Of a stretch of 10,233 nt of DNA, positions 1-7,605 are shown one piece after another. The notes under the pieces were generated by a model. That model had not been told where the DNA came from, made no database searches, and saw nothing but the letters and a program-made list of their open reading frames with translations. Source of the stretch: an uncultured Thermococci archaeon. GTDB lineage: Archaea; Methanobacteriota_B; Thermococci; Thermococcales; Thermococcaceae. Positions within the stretch are counted from its first letter, which is position 1; the number at the start of each line of letters is the position of its first letter. A program made the position numbers and the translations under genes. The DNA lies in assembly GCA_964615185.1 (NCBI GenBank), contig CAZTOS010000044.1, positions 9,684-19,916 of the forward strand, given 5' to 3'.

Positions 1-1038
1 AATCCGCTGATTTACAAGGATGGCTGGGTTTACTACATAGCAACAGATGAAGGCAGAGCGAACCTCTTTAGAGTAGATTTGGAAGGAAACATTGAGCGTG
101 TTATTGCCGGTGATAGGAGTATTGAAACTTTTGGAATTGGAAACTACATAGCGTTTATTGCTCAAGATGCAGTAACTCCAACAGAACTGTACATTCTAAG
201 AGACGGCAAAGAGAAGAAGGTCACGAACTTCAACGAGTGGATCAAGGAGTATAAGCTCTCAAAACCTGAGCACTTCAAAGTTAAAGCAAGCGATGGCATA
301 GAAATTGATGCGTGGATAATGAGACCAGTGGACTTTAAAGAAGGCAAAAAGTATCCTGCCATTCTCGAAATCCATGGAGGTCCAAAGACAGCCTATGGCT
401 ACTCCTTCATGCATGAGTTCCACGTTTTAACATCCAAAGGGTTTGTAGTGATATTCAGCAATCCAAGAGGAAGCGACGGCTACGGGGAGGAGTTTGCCGA
501 TATAAGAAAGCACTATGGCGAAAGAGATTATCAAGATTTAATGGAAGTTGTAGATGAAGCTTTAAGAAGATTTGACTTCATTGATGCTGAAAGAATTGGA
601 GTTACCGGCGGTTCCTATGGCGGCTTCATGACGAACTGGATAGTTGGGCACACGAACAGATTTAAGGCAACAGTAACCCAGCGCTCCATTTCCAACTGGG
701 TGAGCTTCTTTGGAACAACTGACATAGGCTACTACTTCGCTCCAGATCAAATCGGAGAAGACCCCTGGAGCAATTTTGAAGGGTACTGGGAGAAATCACC
801 TCTGAAATATGCCCCTAACGTTGAAACACCACTTTTGATAATCCACAGCATGGAAGATTATCGCTGCTGGCTTCCGGAGGCATTGCAGCTTTTCACAGCA
901 CTAAAGTATTTTGGAAAAACTGTTGAGCTGGCAGTCTTTCCAGGAGAAAATCACGACTTATCGAGGAGTGGAAAGCCGAAACATAGAGTCAGGAGGCTTG
1001 AGCTGATTGTTGGGTGGTTTGAGAGGTGGCTTAAGTGA
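1..1038 (+). CDS. S9 family serine peptidase (acylaminoacyl peptidase / prolyl oligopeptidase family), 5'-truncated by window edge
   Basis: Frame is open from base 1 (NPLIYKDGWVYYIATDEGRANLFRVDLEG...), so the 79 start is internal. S9 motifs: IHGGP, NPRGSDGYG, nucleophile elbow GGSYGG, Asp in EDYRC, His in GENHDL. Stop TGA at 1036-1038. Confidence 0.95.
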   Translation, partial: NPLIYKDGWVYYIATDEGRANLFRVDLEGNIERVIAGDRSIETFGIGNYIAFIAQDAVTPTELYILRDGKEKKVTNFNEWIKEYKLSKPEHFKVKASDGIEIDAWIMRPVDFKEGKKYPAILEIHGGPKTAYGYSFMHEFHVLTSKGFVVIFSNPRGSDGYGEEFADIRKHYGERDYQDLMEVVDEALRRFDFIDAERIGVTGGSYGGFMTNWIVGHTNRFKATVTQRSISNWVSFFGTTDIGYYFAPDQIGEDPWSNFEGYWEKSPLKYAPNVETPLLIIHSMEDYRCWLPEALQLFTALKYFGKTVELAVFPGENHDLSRSGKPKHRVRRLELIVGWFERWLK

Positions 1039-1092
1039 TTGTTTCCCCCGTTTGCTTTATAATTTTTCAATGATAAAAATAGCGAGAAGATA
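1039..1092. terminator. Probable bidirectional oligo-T terminator zone between convergent genes
   Basis: T-rich tracts follow each stop: + strand ttgtttcccccgtttgctttataatttttc; - strand tcttctcgctattttt. Archaeal terminators are typically oligo-T; exact sites are not determinable. Confidence 0.45.
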
Positions 1093-1554
1093 TCAAAGCG
1101 TATAATCCAGAACCTTTCCAGCTTCTTCAATGTGCTCTGGGTAAACATTTTTGACTTCTGGATGTAAAGCCTTGATAACCCTTCCAACAAGCACGAACAG
1201 CGTTCCTGTTATGATTGGTAGCTCATTCACAACCTCCTCGTCAAGCGGCAGATCAGAGGGTATCTTCTTAAGGACGAACTTCCTTATAGGCTCAATTTTC
1301 ACCTTCTCATCCTCAATGACAGCTCTGAATAGACTCATTGAATTCTTGAATCCTTTTGTTAGCGGAAGGTGTCTGAGCTTTATTATTCCAGTATTTTCAG
1401 CTTTTGCGTTCTCATAGGCTACTTCAAAGAGATCACTGAGCTTCTTCTCAACTATTTCCATCATCTCCTCCGCTCTTGGCTTTATTACTGCTAACTCACA
1501 TGTTCTCTCAAGAATCTTCTGAAGCTGTGGGTATGGGATTATCATCTCTGCCAT
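1093..1554 (-). CDS. DUF1931 family protein (Aq_328-like tandem histone-fold protein), 153 aa
   Basis: Recognised family pattern: [19 protein letters not shown]...[12 protein letters not shown]...[14 protein letters not shown]. Start placed at ATG 1554 (MAEMIIPY), with GGAGGTG RBS (1561-1567, minus) 6 nt upstream. Confidence 0.85.
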   Translation of the reverse strand: MAEMIIPYPQLQKILERTCELAVIKPRAEEMMEIVEKKLSDLFEVAYENAKAENTGIIKLRHLPLTKGFKNSMSLFRAVIEDEKVKIEPIRKFVLKKIPSDLPLDEEVVNELPIITGTLFVLVGRVIKALHPEVKNVYPEHIEEAGKVLDYTL

Positions 1555-1590
1555 TGCTCCCACCTCCGACAATATTTTAGTAACTAAGGG

Positions 1591-1606
1591 TATATAAAAC
1601 TTTCTA
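1591..1606 (-). promoter_or_regulatory. BRE + TATA promoter for the DUF1931 gene
   Basis: Minus strand reads TAGAAAG-TTTTATATA; the purine-rich BRE overlaps the ppcA stop codon, and the TATA lies about 24 nt before the RBS. Confidence 0.65.
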
Positions 1607-3034
1607 TCCCAAAAATCCCCTAATGCTCGCTGCTTTGATTATTAACTCCTCATTAATCTCGCCATCCAGTATTTTGTTTGTAATCTCACAGTGCTCCTCA
1701 TTTCTCTCAAATTCAAACAGTTGGCTCATTTTCAAGATGCCTCTTAAGAATTTAAATTTCTCAGCCGATTTGGGATTGAAATAACTGAATGCAAAGCTTA
1801 AATCTTTGTAAATGTCCTTGTAAACGTCACTTATGACCTCAATGTCCTTTTCGCTAAGTGCATTTAATCCAAGAACCTCTGGAGGTATGCCAAGAGAATA
1901 AAGGGATGCCGTGAACTTTATTGCCCTCGGAAGTGCAAAACCATTAACGTTCCTGGCGTAACCAAATAGCCCAATGTGAAGCTTTCTCTTTCTTCTGGAG
2001 GGAACAAACTTCGCAACCTCTCTTATCGAGCTTGCCAAAGCCTTAATCTGCTTGGAATATTCAATTTCATATTTTCTGAGAAGTGAAAGAAGTTGCTCAT
2101 CAATTGGCTCAGCTTCCTTTCTCTTTGAGCTTTTAATTTCCTCAACGGCTTTTATAACCTCCCTTGGTGGATTGTCATATTTAAATGAACTTTGAATTGT
2201 AAATGTCTGAACTCCTCTATACTCTTCCAAGACATTTCCAACATTCTCAGGAACGAGATGACCTCTAAATGGCGCACTGCCTACACCAATTATCGGATAA
2301 ATATCAACACTCTCCTCCTCTTCAAGCCCTTGGAGCTTAAAAAGGGCATATTTGTCATAAATAACAGCGCTTAGTAGCCCATAGTTCATAGCCGGGTCGC
2401 TCCTTGCCAAGAAAACACGCTGATACTCAAAGTCCTTTCCATGCAAGTATTCTCTCAATATTTCAGCCGAGTTTAATATTGCCTCTTTTGTTTCAAAAAG
2501 AGGTATTACGTTAATTTCCCCAGGGAAGAATTCCCCAATCCACTCATAGAGCTTTATGTCATAGACTCTCTTGTACTGCTTTCCAACAATATAGTGTTTA
2601 TACAGCTCGTAGACTCTGTTAATTTCGTTTGCTGAAGTTGTCATTGGGAGGATAACTTCAAATATCGGGGCAATTTCTTCCCCATAGAATATCTTTGAAT
2701 AATCAGCTGAACGGGAAATGCTCTCAAGCGTTTCAAGTAAAAGTTTTGCTTCAGCTTTCTCGACACTTGGATTGGGAACCCTTGGAGTTAACCTAAAATC
2801 CTCCCCAAGTTTATGCTTTCGGAAGAAGTGGGGATATCTCTCCAGAAGTTTTTTAACAACAAACTCATCCACCTCTTTTCCTTCAAAATCCCACATCTGT
2901 TCTTCTATACCAAGAACGCTGAAGGCATAAAACGCTTCAATTATTTCATCCTCACCACTCAGCTGAGGCTCCTGAGCAAAGAAAGGTATATATACATTGT
3001 CAGGATGCTGAGTGCTCATAGTTTTTGGTATCAT
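1604..3034 (-). CDS. ppcA: Phosphoenolpyruvate carboxylase, archaeal type (about 476 aa)
   Basis: PpcA signatures: [80 protein letters not shown]-terminal RGFLG. ATG 3034 has GGTGG RBS upstream; GTG 3043 is an alternative start. Confidence 0.96.
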   Translation of the reverse strand: MIPKTMSTQHPDNVYIPFFAQEPQLSGEDEIIEAFYAFSVLGIEEQMWDFEGKEVDEFVVKKLLERYPHFFRKHKLGEDFRLTPRVPNPSVEKAEAKLLLETLESISRSADYSKIFYGEEIAPIFEVILPMTTSANEINRVYELYKHYIVGKQYKRVYDIKLYEWIGEFFPGEINVIPLFETKEAILNSAEILREYLHGKDFEYQRVFLARSDPAMNYGLLSAVIYDKYALFKLQGLEEEESVDIYPIIGVGSAPFRGHLVPENVGNVLEEYRGVQTFTIQSSFKYDNPPREVIKAVEEIKSSKRKEAEPIDEQLLSLLRKYEIEYSKQIKALASSIREVAKFVPSRRKRKLHIGLFGYARNVNGFALPRAIKFTASLYSLGIPPEVLGLNALSEKDIEVISDVYKDIYKDLSFAFSYFNPKSAEKFKFLRGILKMSQLFEFERNEEHCEITNKILDGEINEELIIKAASIRGFLG

Positions 3035-3064
3035 TTTGCCCACCAGAAATGCGTAAATGTGGAC

Positions 3065-3116
3065 AATTTAAGTTTTTTGCAAGAATTTTTGATTAAATGA
3101 CAAAAATCTTTTTAAA
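3065..3116. promoter_or_regulatory. Divergent promoters for ppcA (-) and the MobA-like gene (+)
   Basis: Minus strand: GCAAAAAA-CTTAAATT (3080-3065). Plus strand: CAAAAATC-TTTTTAAA (3101-3116), ending 22 nt before ATG 3139. Confidence 0.5.
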
Positions 3117-3138
3117 GCTACCTCAGTACCAATATCTC

Positions 3139-3747
3139 ATGCGCGCTTACATTTTAGCATTTCCAGAAAAAAGATGGGAGAGCTATCTAATACCTTTGAA
3201 TGAAGAACCTCTCGTTAAGATAGTTGAGCAAAGGCTCAGAATGGCAAAGAGGATTGATGAAGTCTATACAATCATAAGAAAGGGACAGCTGAAGCGTTTC
3301 TCCCTTCACGTCTCAAATCCCGTTGAAGTTAAAGCCAAAAACAAAATCGAAGCGCTTTACAAAGCTTTACCAGCTTCTGGAGAGCTCTTCCTTGCTGAAG
3401 GGAATATGCCGCTGATAATGCCCTTTCTAGTAAATTACCTCTCAACGCTGTTTTTAGATTCAGACAGCGAAGCATTAATTCCCTCATGGAGCGATGGGAC
3501 ATTAGAAGTTACGCATGCGTTTTATGACGCAAAAGCATTAAAAAGTGCACTGGAGGCTTGTCTGGCAGAAAACGAGAAAAAGCTGAGCTGCATTAAAGGA
3601 TATCTGGATTATGAAACAGTGAGCATTGAAGAGCTTGCTAAGAGAAATCCCAAGGTAACGCTGAGCTTCTTTAAAGTTAAGAGCAGCTTTGATTTAAAAT
3701 TCGCTGAAGAAACACTCAAAAGATTGAAAGAGGGGAGATTTAAATAA
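3139..3747 (+). CDS. MobA-like (molybdenum cofactor guanylyltransferase / NTP-transferase fold) protein with degenerate active-site motifs, 202 aa
   Basis: Collinear with MobA by eye: AYILA; LIPLNEEPLVKIVEQRL; FLAEGNMPLI (cf. xDMP); ALIPSWSDGTLEVTHAFY (cf. LEPLHAIY); SFFKVKSSFDL (cf. SFFNINTPEDL). ATG 3139 preferred over 3097 because a TATA box lies between them. Confidence 0.78.
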   Translation: MRAYILAFPEKRWESYLIPLNEEPLVKIVEQRLRMAKRIDEVYTIIRKGQLKRFSLHVSNPVEVKAKNKIEALYKALPASGELFLAEGNMPLIMPFLVNYLSTLFLDSDSEALIPSWSDGTLEVTHAFYDAKALKSALEACLAENEKKLSCIKGYLDYETVSIEELAKRNPKVTLSFFKVKSSFDLKFAEETLKRLKEGRFK

Positions 3748-4255
3748 TTCCGGATTTTTTCACCCTGTCCGCAACCACCACAGCAATCCCAGCTTTTATC
3801 AGATCAATAATCACAAATGGTGCAACACCCACTGCAAAGGCTTTTCCAAAGTTTCCTCCGAAGTAGAAACCCAGTCTAAGCCAGCCTAAGAGATAGATAA
3901 CACCAATGCCAATTAAAGAACCCAAGATATAACCTTTTGGATTTTCATATCTCTCACTTATCAGACCAACCAAAAATGCAGCTACTGGAAATGCTATTAG
4001 ATATCCTCCCGTTGGACCATAGAGGTAAACGAATCCCCCTTTAAATCCTGCAAAAACTGGGAGCCCGATAGCACCCATCAGAAGGTATGTCACCTGACTT
4101 AGGAAACCTAAACGCGCCCCTAAAATCAACCCGCTGAGCAGGACGAAAAGAACTTGCAAAGTTACCGGCACTTCCCCAATTGGAATGCTTATTTGAGCCC
4201 CAACTGCAGTTAATGCGGCAAATAAGGCCGAGTATGCAATTTCTCTTGCCTTCAT
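3740..4255 (-). CDS. bioY: Biotin ECF transporter substrate-specific component BioY, 171 aa
   Basis: ALFAALTAVGAQISIP, VPVTLQ, YLLMGAIGLPVFAG, GPTGGYL and PFVIIDLIK are BioY hallmarks. ATG 4255 has GGAGG RBS at 4264-4268. Divergent from birA; overlaps the MobA-like 3' end by 8 nt. Confidence 0.95.
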   Translation of the reverse strand: MKAREIAYSALFAALTAVGAQISIPIGEVPVTLQVLFVLLSGLILGARLGFLSQVTYLLMGAIGLPVFAGFKGGFVYLYGPTGGYLIAFPVAAFLVGLISERYENPKGYILGSLIGIGVIYLLGWLRLGFYFGGNFGKAFAVGVAPFVIIDLIKAGIAVVVADRVKKSGII

Positions 4256-4290
4256 TTTAATCGCCTCCACTGTTTTTATGGCCTAGTTCA

Positions 4291-4325
4291 TTTGGTTAAC
4301 TTTAAAATTTTTATGGTTAACGAAA
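4291..4325. promoter_or_regulatory. BirA operator (biotin box) overlapping the bioY TATA box
   Basis: TTTGGTTAAC (4291-4300) - 15 nt - GTTAACGAAA (4316-4325): inverted repeat, 9/10 arm match. Fits the GTTAAC-N15-GTTAAC BirA signal and lies between bioY and birA. Confidence 0.88.
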
Positions 4326-4338
4326 ATGCTTTTTAACA
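4321..4338 (+). promoter_or_regulatory. Probable birA promoter (BRE + TATA)
   Basis: CGAAAATGC-TTTTTAACA about 30 nt upstream of ATG 4369; the BRE overlaps the right operator arm. Confidence 0.5.
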
Positions 4339-4368
4339 CTCAAGGCATAGTAAAATTAAGTGAGGGAT

Positions 4369-5115
4369 ATGCCAAGAAAAGTGCTCAAGGATAGCAGAAT
4401 AAAAAGAGAGCTCTTAAAGATCCTTCGCGAAGGCAACGTTGTCTCAGGTGATGAAATAGGGGCAAAGCTTGGCATCTCACGAGTTGCTGTGTGGAAGCAT
4501 GTAAAAGAACTTATTGAGCTTGGCTACAGGATAGAATCAACACATAAAGGATATAAACTTTTGAAAGAGCCCAATAAGCCCTATCCTTGGGAACTGAGTG
4601 TCAAAGCCTACTATTACCTAAGTGTTGATTCAACCATGAACGTTGCCAAAGAGCTCGCTGAAAAAGGAGAAGAGGAGTGGACTTTTATAATTGCAGAGGA
4701 GCAAACTGCTGGAAGGGGAAGACTAAAAAGGTCATGGCTGTCTCAAAAAGGTGGCTTGTACTTCTCTGTAATCTTAAGACCAAGGATTAAGCTCACGGAG
4801 GTTGAGAAAATTTTAATGCCATCATCCCTCGCAGTTGCCAAAACTATTCAGGAATATGGATTAGCCCCTCAAGTTAGTCAAGCTGGAGATGTTTTTATCA
4901 ATGGAAAAAAGGTTTCTGGAACATTAGTTGAAGCTGAAGGGGAGCTTGATATGGTCGATTTTCTCATACTTGGAATTGGGGTAAATGTTAATAATGAAGT
5001 CCCAGCCAATGCAACTTCTTTAAAGGAAGAGCTTGGAAAAGAGGTCAATCTTCTTGAATTCTCAAAGAAATTGTTTGCCAATCTAATGAAAGAGCTGAAG
5101 AAGCAAGGATTCTGA
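4369..5115 (+). CDS. birA: BirA-family biotin operon repressor (HTH + biotin ligase catalytic domain, lacking the C-terminal domain), 248 aa
   Basis: N-terminal wHTH VSGDEIGAKLGISRVAVWKHVKELIELGY; VDSTMNVA; AEEQTAGRGRLKRSWLS; GGLYFSVIL; NGKKVSGTLVE; GIGVNV; ATSL. ATG 4369 is preceded by GTGAGGG RBS. Confidence 0.92.
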   Translation: MPRKVLKDSRIKRELLKILREGNVVSGDEIGAKLGISRVAVWKHVKELIELGYRIESTHKGYKLLKEPNKPYPWELSVKAYYYLSVDSTMNVAKELAEKGEEEWTFIIAEEQTAGRGRLKRSWLSQKGGLYFSVILRPRIKLTEVEKILMPSSLAVAKTIQEYGLAPQVSQAGDVFINGKKVSGTLVEAEGELDMVDFLILGIGVNVNNEVPANATSLKEELGKEVNLLEFSKKLFANLMKELKKQGF

Positions 5116-5201
5116 AGTTATACTCTTAAACAAAAGGTAATCTGTCATTACTAAAATAGGTCGAGAGTGTAGAATATACCCTACAACTTGGAGGGAAGTT
5201 T

Positions 5202-5375
5202 ATGAAAAAAGCAAGTTTAGCTGTTGTGCTTTTATTTCTTATTAGCAGCTTAGGGATTACACCCTTAGAAGTCTCCGCTCAGTGTAACTATAGCACGCAA
5301 AGAGTATTACTGCTGAAAAACGTAGATGCATGAAACTTTAACGCAGTAGGTAAAAGCAACGGGTCACCTTTTTAA
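5202..5375 (+). pseudogene. Remnant of a secreted protein gene (signal peptide + short mature N-terminus, TGA at 5331-5333); alternatively a 43-aa secreted peptide
   Basis: GGAGG RBS at 5190-5194, ATG 5202, MKKASLAVVLLFLISSLGITPLEVSA|QCNYSTQRVLLLKNVDA*NFNAVGKSNGSPF*. Basic N-region, hydrophobic core and VSA cleavage motif. Not in the ORF track. Confidence 0.6.
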
Positions 5376-5399
5376 AGTGTTTTCCTTAATGCAGATACG

Positions 5400-6194
5400 A
5401 TGATAGAGGTTAAAAATCTCTGGCACATCTACGAGGGAAAAAGAATTGCTCTGAAAAATGTAAGTCTGAGCTTTGGAAACGAGATAATAGCATTAGTCGG
5501 GCCTAATGGCTCCGGAAAGACCACCTTAGCAAAACACATGAATGGATTGCTTAAACCCACAAAAGGAGAAGTTTTTGTTGATGGTATTAATACTAAAAAT
5601 ACCAGCGTGGCAGAGCTTTCAAGAATTGTTGGATATGTTTTTCAGAATCCAGAAAACATGTTTTTTGAAGAAAACGTATTTAAAGAGGTTGCATTCGGAC
5701 CAAAAAATCTTGGACTTAGCGGAGAAGCTGTTGAAAAAAGGGTTAAATGGGCACTCAAACTTGTAAATTTAAGTGGATATGAAGACAGAAGTCCGTACTC
5801 CTTGAGTGGTGGAGAAAAGCAGAGGTTGGCAATAGCATGCATACTTGCAATGAAACCCAAGTACATTATCCTTGATGAACCAACCACTGGCCTGGACGAA
5901 AGAAGCTCGGAGGGCGTAAAAAGAGTTATTCAAAATTTAAGAAAAGAAGGACATGGGATAATGTTGATAACCCATGATATGGAGCTTGTTTTAGAATTGG
6001 CAGAGAGGGTTGTTCTGCTCTATGAAGGAACTAAGGTTTTCGATGGTGCAGTTGATGAATTTTTCCAGCTTAATCTAAGAAATTACGAAATGGAAATACC
6101 CGAACTCCTCAGGATCAGCAAATCCCTTGGAATCAGCTTTGTGAGGAACGTTGATGAATTTGTGAATTTCCTCTTAGAGAGGGTGAGAACATGA
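5400..6194 (+). CDS. ecfA: ECF transporter ATPase (EcfA/CbiO/BioM-like), 264 aa
   Basis: Walker A GPNGSGKTT, Q-loop VGYVFQNPENMFF, EVAFGPKNLG, signature LSGGEKQR, Walker B IILDEPTTGLD, H-loop ITHDM. TTTTTAAA at 5369-5376 upstream, no RBS. Confidence 0.95.
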   Translation: MIEVKNLWHIYEGKRIALKNVSLSFGNEIIALVGPNGSGKTTLAKHMNGLLKPTKGEVFVDGINTKNTSVAELSRIVGYVFQNPENMFFEENVFKEVAFGPKNLGLSGEAVEKRVKWALKLVNLSGYEDRSPYSLSGGEKQRLAIACILAMKPKYIILDEPTTGLDERSSEGVKRVIQNLRKEGHGIMLITHDMELVLELAERVVLLYEGTKVFDGAVDEFFQLNLRNYEMEIPELLRISKSLGISFVRNVDEFVNFLLERVRT

Positions 6195-6949
6195 TGTACA
6201 CCATCTACATTGAAAGGGATTCATTTCTTCATAGGCTGGATCCAAGGGTTAAAATAATCTCCTCCCTCCTGGGAATTTTGGCAATGATTCTCTTCAATTC
6301 CCCATATCTGCTCTTTATTCTCTTTACGTTGCTCTCTCTTTCTCTTAGATTTTTCGGAAAGATTAGCCTTAGAGAACAGATAAAAGTGCTAAAGCCACTG
6401 ATTCCCTTAATAATTATAACAATCGCAGTCTGGCCTTTTATTTTAGAACCAAGAACCTTTGGACTGTTTATCGGGTTAGGGTATGCCCTAAGATTGGCAT
6501 CCATGGCCATGATAACATTTGGTCTTTTAATGACAACAACCCAGAAGGAACTCATCTTAGGATTCATAAAACTCAAAATGCCCTACGAGATTGGATTAAC
6601 TCTCACAATAGCTCTAAGATACATCCCAACCTTATTTGGCTTAGCTCAGACAATAATTGACGCCCAGAAGTCAAGAGGCCTTGAGCTTGAAAAAGGCAGC
6701 TTTTTTTCAAGAATTAAAAAAACAGTGCCCATTTTAATTCCCCTGATAATTGCCTCCATAAAAACCGGTCATGAACTGAGCATAGCCTTGGAAAGCAGAG
6801 CATTTGGTGCAAGTAAGAAGAGAACGTTTCTGCACACAATTCAAATGAAGGGGAAAGATTACATAGCACTTATTTTTGTACTTCTGTTGTTTGGCTTAGC
6901 ATTATATGCAAGATATCAGCTTGGAATTGGATATGTAAGGCTATACTAA
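6191..6949 (+). CDS. ecfT: ECF transporter transmembrane component T (EcfT/CbiQ/BioN-like), 252 aa
   Basis: SFLHRLDPRVK, IALRYIPTL, AQKSRG and ALESRAF (two conserved Arg motifs); ATGA overlap with the ecfA stop. Confidence 0.95.
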   Translation: MMYTIYIERDSFLHRLDPRVKIISSLLGILAMILFNSPYLLFILFTLLSLSLRFFGKISLREQIKVLKPLIPLIIITIAVWPFILEPRTFGLFIGLGYALRLASMAMITFGLLMTTTQKELILGFIKLKMPYEIGLTLTIALRYIPTLFGLAQTIIDAQKSRGLELEKGSFFSRIKKTVPILIPLIIASIKTGHELSIALESRAFGASKKRTFLHTIQMKGKDYIALIFVLLLFGLALYARYQLGIGYVRLY

Positions 6950-7591
6950 GAACAGCTTGGCTTTTTTATCAATAGGTATGCTGTGCTCCCCAATGTTTTT
7001 GACAAATTCTGGTGGAGCCTTAAGAACGCTGAGGTTCATTCGGTAATGCCCTCTATATCCGCTCGTTCTTAGAACTAAGAGATGCTCAAACAGCTCAGGA
7101 ATGACAAACAGTCGTTTAAATTCAGAATTTAAGTCAAGTTCGTTTATTTCAAGGGTGTTGTGTGATAAAACCAAGAATAGTCCCTTTTCATCAACCACCC
7201 TTCTCATTTTAATCAGCTTTTCTCTTGACTGATTTTCAAGAATCGAGAAGTTTGAAACAAAGACAAGGGAATTATCCTCAACAAGCTCCAAAGCGGAAGA
7301 AAGCTCATCTAATGTATAAACTTTACCCAAGAACAAGTTTTCAGTGTTTTCAGAAAGCCTGCTCAGAAGCTTTAATGAAAATCCATTGGTTGGCTCAAGA
7401 TAATAAGAAACTATTCCAGAATTTAGAGCATTTGCAAGGGCCGAATACTGAAGGATAGCTTGTGATAGAGCATCAGTAGTCACTACAGCTGCCATGCTAC
7501 CTTCCTCAACCTCACCCACTAACGGCGAAAGCTCTTCAATGAGTGCTACTTTTTTCTTCTCTTCACCAGCTGGTCTGAAAAACATTGGCAT
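6941..7591 (-). CDS. Hypothetical protein, probable degenerate RecA/RadB-like ATPase fold
   Basis: Long ORF with normal composition. The order of elements resembles RadB (IEELSPLVGEVEEGSMAAVV; SYYLEPTNGFSLKLL; NLFLGKVYTLDEL; SLVFVSNFS; GLFLVLSHN) but there are no Walker A/B motifs. ORF is secure; fold call is by-eye inference. Start at ATG 7591 or 7585. Confidence 0.7.
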   Translation of the reverse strand: MPMFFRPAGEEKKKVALIEELSPLVGEVEEGSMAAVVTTDALSQAILQYSALANALNSGIVSYYLEPTNGFSLKLLSRLSENTENLFLGKVYTLDELSSALELVEDNSLVFVSNFSILENQSREKLIKMRRVVDEKGLFLVLSHNTLEINELDLNSEFKRLFVIPELFEHLLVLRTSGYRGHYRMNLSVLKAPPEFVKNIGEHSIPIDKKAKLFLV

Positions 7592-7605
7592 CAAAAAGTT
7601 AATCC

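Noticed and set aside
162..1417. Short ORFs 162-362(-), 562-750(-), 951-1190(-), 1151-1417(+)
   Set aside because: Antisense or off-frame shadows of the peptidase and DUF1931 genes; no recognisable motifs.
2192..3100. ORFs 2192-2374, 2718-2930, 2813-3100 (+)
   Set aside because: Antisense to the well-supported ppcA.
3044..3138. TGM/TrmBL1 motif (TATCAC-N5-GTGATA) at the ppcA promoter
   Set aside because: Not present.
5137..5185. Short inverted repeats GTAAT-N5-ATTAC (5137-5151) and TGTAG-N8-CTACA (5168-5185)
   Set aside because: 5-bp arms are expected by chance; they do not match BirA, SurR or TGM motifs.
5331..5333. In-frame TGA as selenocysteine recoding
   Set aside because: Thermococcales are not known to use Sec, no SECIS-like hairpin is evident, and read-through adds only 13 residues.
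4878..6576. ORFs 4878-5081(-), 5542-5766(+), 5642-5887(-), 6229-6576(-)
   Set aside because: Nested within birA, ecfA or ecfT; shadow ORFs.
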